Assembly (NCBI GenBank): GCA_001724245.1 | Contig: MEDX01000001.1 | Span: 1-64,000 of the forward strand | DNA from: Fonticula-like sp. SCN 57-25 | Taxonomy: Eukaryota | Length of the DNA: 64,000 nt | Reading direction: 5' to 3' | Shown here: positions 61,015 to 64,000 of the stretch, piece by piece | Numbering within the stretch: position 1 is the stretch's first letter | Layout of the letters: each line of letters opens with the position of its first letter | The notes under the pieces: model-generated | What the model saw: the letters and a program-made list of their open reading frames with translations, nothing else | Databases searched by the model: none | What the model was told of the DNA's origin: nothing | Made by a program: the position numbers and the translations under genes

Positions 61015-61869
61015 CTACCGCCTTGCGGGCGCCGCCGCCGCGGCCCCGCCGGCACCCTGCGCGCCGCCCTCCGGAGGAGCGCCGGTCAGCATCGGCATGA
61101 CAAAGACGACAAAGACGACACCGAGAAGGAAGGTCTTGTGCGACACACAGTTAGCAAACGAATATGATTCCAAATAATTCTCGTACCGGTGACATGTAAA
61201 AGGGCGTGTCGGCCTTCTTTTCCGGCTCGCCGTCTGCGCTGCGAGCGCGACGCGCCACCTCGGTAGCACTTTAGCCGCATAATGGGTGAGAAATATAGAA
61301 TAAACGATGAGCAGAAGCGCGTACACAGGGCCCTCGGAAGTGCGGCGAGCAGCCACCTTGGTCGAAAAGTGAACAGAGTCGGCGGAGACGGCGGACTGCG
61401 CTACGTTAGCCAACACGTTTCCGCACATTAAATAGCGTACCGTGTCGCAGCCGCTGGACGAGGCGAGATACGAGACGTGGAACGGCTTGCCGTCCTCGTC
61501 GAGATGCACCGTAAACTCTTCCTCAAAGTTGGCCGCCTTGAGGGCGCACTGTCCCGAGGCGTTAGAGCCAAGCCGCAAGCAACGCGCACGGCATACCAAA
61601 GGAATTGAAGCAGTCGAGAGGCGCTCAGAGCTGCCTGACCGCATGAGCGCGTGCACTGTCACGAGCTGGCTGCTGGAGGCAGCGGCCGCCAGGCAATTCA
61701 CCAGGGATGGCGACACTGTCGTCGGCTCGAACCGCCAGTTGTTGCCCGCGCCGCGGATCACGCCGCGATCAATGTCGTGGGCATCCCCACAGCTCGCCGA
61801 AATGTGGATCTCGGCCGCATGGCTGACCGCAAGCAGCAGCGCAAAGACCGCCAGGCCGCGCATCGTCAT
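61015..61869 (-). CDS. EMC10: ER membrane complex subunit 10-like
   Basis: Signal peptide; CALKAANFEEEFTVHLDEDG…FSTKV…EGP; C-terminal transmembrane helix with short Gly/Ala tail. Confidence 0.7.
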   Translation of the reverse strand: MTMRGLAVFALLLAVSHAAEIHISASCGDAHDIDRGVIRGAGNNWRFEPTTVSPSLVNCLAAAASSSQLVTVHALMRSGSSERLSTASIPLVCRARCLRLGSNASGQCALKAANFEEEFTVHLDEDGKPFHVSYLASSSGCDTVRYLMCGNVLANVAQSAVSADSVHFSTKVAARRTSEGPVYALLLIVYSIFLTHYAAKVLPRWRVALAAQTASRKRRPTRPFTCHRYENYLESYSFANCVSHKTFLLGVVFVVFVMPMLTGAPPEGGAQGAGGAAAAAPARR

Positions 61870-61919
61870 TGTGCGTGGTTCAAACTGCCCCTCCAGATCG
61901 AATGCCCCTCAAGTAAACG

Positions 61920-64000
61920 ATGGCGGCGGCGGTGGCGGACAAGGTGGACCGCGTCCTGGCGGGCACGACGCGCCGCGGGACCATGTTCCGCGCGGTTCGC
62001 GAGTGTTACTTTCGCGAGTCTTTGCCTTGTGGCAGTAGCTTGTGTACCAAGGGATGCGAGCAGAGTGCTCGTCTACTGCTGGTGTCTGATGCAACGCACT
62101 ACGTGATGCCCGACATCGACTCGCTGCACGACTACTCGCAGGTGTGGAATCTGCCGCAAACGACGGGTCTCATCGTCGTATTGACGGCGCTTTATTGGGT
62201 ACGCGCCCGCTCTGTTTGCCCTGGCTTGGCTGACACGCGTACGCCCTGAAAGTTTGAGGAGCACGAGCGGTCGAGGTTGGCTCGGAGGCTGAGGGCGCTC
62301 GCGCGCGATGCTCGGCGGAAAAGCGTCATTTTTTACAACGAAAACATGCGCAGCACATTTGTGGAGCGTGCGGAAGGCGAGTCGCAACATGACCGCAACG
62401 TGCGCGCTATCATGGTCGCCGCGGGGTGGTACGCCGACCACCTCGACCAAAGGATGCCCATCGTTGTTGTGAGTAAGCGCGCCCCTGAGCTTAAATGCCC
62501 CCCGGGAGTAAGGGCGCTCACCCTGGAGCAGTACCTTGCCGAATTCTATCCAAAGGCGGCCGAGCTTATCGATCTATGCGCGTCGATTACCTCTGCGTCG
62601 ACCGCGAGCTATCCGCGAGAGTCGACCGGGTTCGCCAAATACTACGACGCGGCCACGCTCGACGCGGGCCTCAAGTCCAACCAATTTTACAAGTGCGCTT
62701 TTGACGCAAACGTGAGTGATTCTGATGTATGCGATGTAGGGGCAAACTAAGCGTCTCGCAGCGCTCGCGCGACGTCGCCACCGTCACATGCGACTCTTTC
62801 GTCGTGCTGATCCGAGGCCAGGCGGACAGGAACCGCGCCTGTGCGTTATGTCCGCCATCTGATTGTTACTGACTATACAATGACAGTGCACGACGACACG
62901 GTTGTTGTCGAGATTTATGATAACAAGAGCGACACCGAGGCGCAAAAGCTGGACAGCGACGTTTCCCTGGACACGTCCGACGGTGCGCCTGCGGCCAATG
63001 CACCCACTATTGCTCATACCTCTTGCAGATGCTGTGTTGTTGGCATCCTCGCCACCGCTCGCCGGTCGCGTTGTTGGAGTCATGGCGCGTCGCGAAGACA
63101 CCAACCACGTCTGCACATTCTCGCTCGAGTCGCAGGCGGCGCAGACCGTGAACGTGCTTGCGGTCCCTATCGACATACGGATCCCGCCCATCCGCGTGCA
63201 CGTCAGCAACCCCGCCGAGTACTACGACAAGCGGGTCGTCGTGACGATTCGCGAATGGCCCGAGACGAGCCAGCTACCGGTCGGTTTCATCACCGCCTCG
63301 CTCGGTGGGATAGGCAGCATTGACGTCGAGCAGCGCGCGCTCCTTGTCAAGAATAACGTCAGCTTTGCCGACTTTAGCAAGGAGATCAAGCGCGAAATGT
63401 CGCTGCTCGAGAACTGGACAATCACCGAGGTGCGGCGAACCTGCTTTTGCTTTGTTCACTGACACCCTGCGTATAGGCGGACCTGAAGGAGAGGAAAGAT
63501 TTGCGCGAGTCGCACTTTGTTATGAGCATTGACCCCAAGGGCTCCATGGACGTCGACGACGCGCTGTCAGTATTGCCGCTTAAGAACGGCAACACGCTTC
63601 TCGGCGTGCACATTGCCGACGTGAGCGCCTTTGTAAAGGATGGCAGCGACACGGACGCCGAGGCCAAGGACCGCAGCACGAGCGTGTACCTTTCTGACCG
63701 GCGCATCAACATGCTGCCGGTGCTGCTTAGCGAGGAGCTCTGCTCGCTGCGCGGCGGCGTGGACCGCTTTGCCTTTTCCGTCTTGATCGAGGTGCGCCCA
63801 GACGGCACCGTCGTTAAGGCGGAGTTTGCCCCGTCCATCATCAGGTCTGCCGCGCAGCTCTACTACGAACAGGCGCAGGCCATCATCGACGGCGTGCCGC
63901 CGCCCGGCGACCTTGGTGCGTCGCCCGATGTCCTTTTTGTCGCCACTGACCACTCGGCGCTAGACGCGGCGTTTATTCGAATCGCCCGGGAGCCGCTTTG
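61920..64000 (+). CDS. DIS3L: DIS3-family exoribonuclease (CR3-PIN-CSD-RNB), DIS3L-like; runs off the window end
   Basis: VRECYFRESLPCGSSLC, THYVMPD, FVERAEGESQHDRNVRAI, RNB SIDPKGSMDVDDALS, GVHIADVS, RSTSVYL…INMLP…LCSL. Confidence 0.85.

Noticed and set aside
1..64000. Non-canonical introns or alternative genetic code
   Set aside because: All introns I reconstructed are GT-AG and conserved proteins translate in the standard code; not every intron was checked

Overview
Compact, GC-rich eukaryotic nuclear DNA with about 30 protein-coding genes (roughly one per 2 kb). Genes are split by short (~45-75 nt) GT-AG introns with GTRCGY donors and CTRAC branch points. The gene set mixes animal-like (GPS2-like, ATXN7L3 with SCA7 domain, DIS3L-like, NAMPT) and fungal-like (long-form isocitrate lyase, Ysc84, TCP11/Sok1) traits, which suggests a unicellular opisthokont or early-diverging fungal relative (inference). 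Most genes sit in head-to-head pairs with very short shared promoters. Highlights: (1) isocitrate lyase and malate synthase form a divergent glyoxylate-cycle pair, and ICL has an apparent 10-nt frameshifting deletion at 15000/15001; (2) mitotic genes (condensin CAP-H, GCP3, Mis18, a Spindly/BICD-like adaptor) carry parts of an animal-style E2F/CDE-N4-CHR, CCAAT and Myb promoter grammar; (3) a PNUTS-like protein has an N-terminal homeodomain; (4) an intronless D-Ala-D-Ala-ligase-like enzyme is fused to a degenerate SET domain; (5) a plant-type PH-RCC1-FYVE protein is present. I recognised no tRNA, rRNA, CRISPR array or intact mobile element. All assignments come from motif recognition by eye. 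CDS coordinates are gene spans including introns, and some start codons are approximate.
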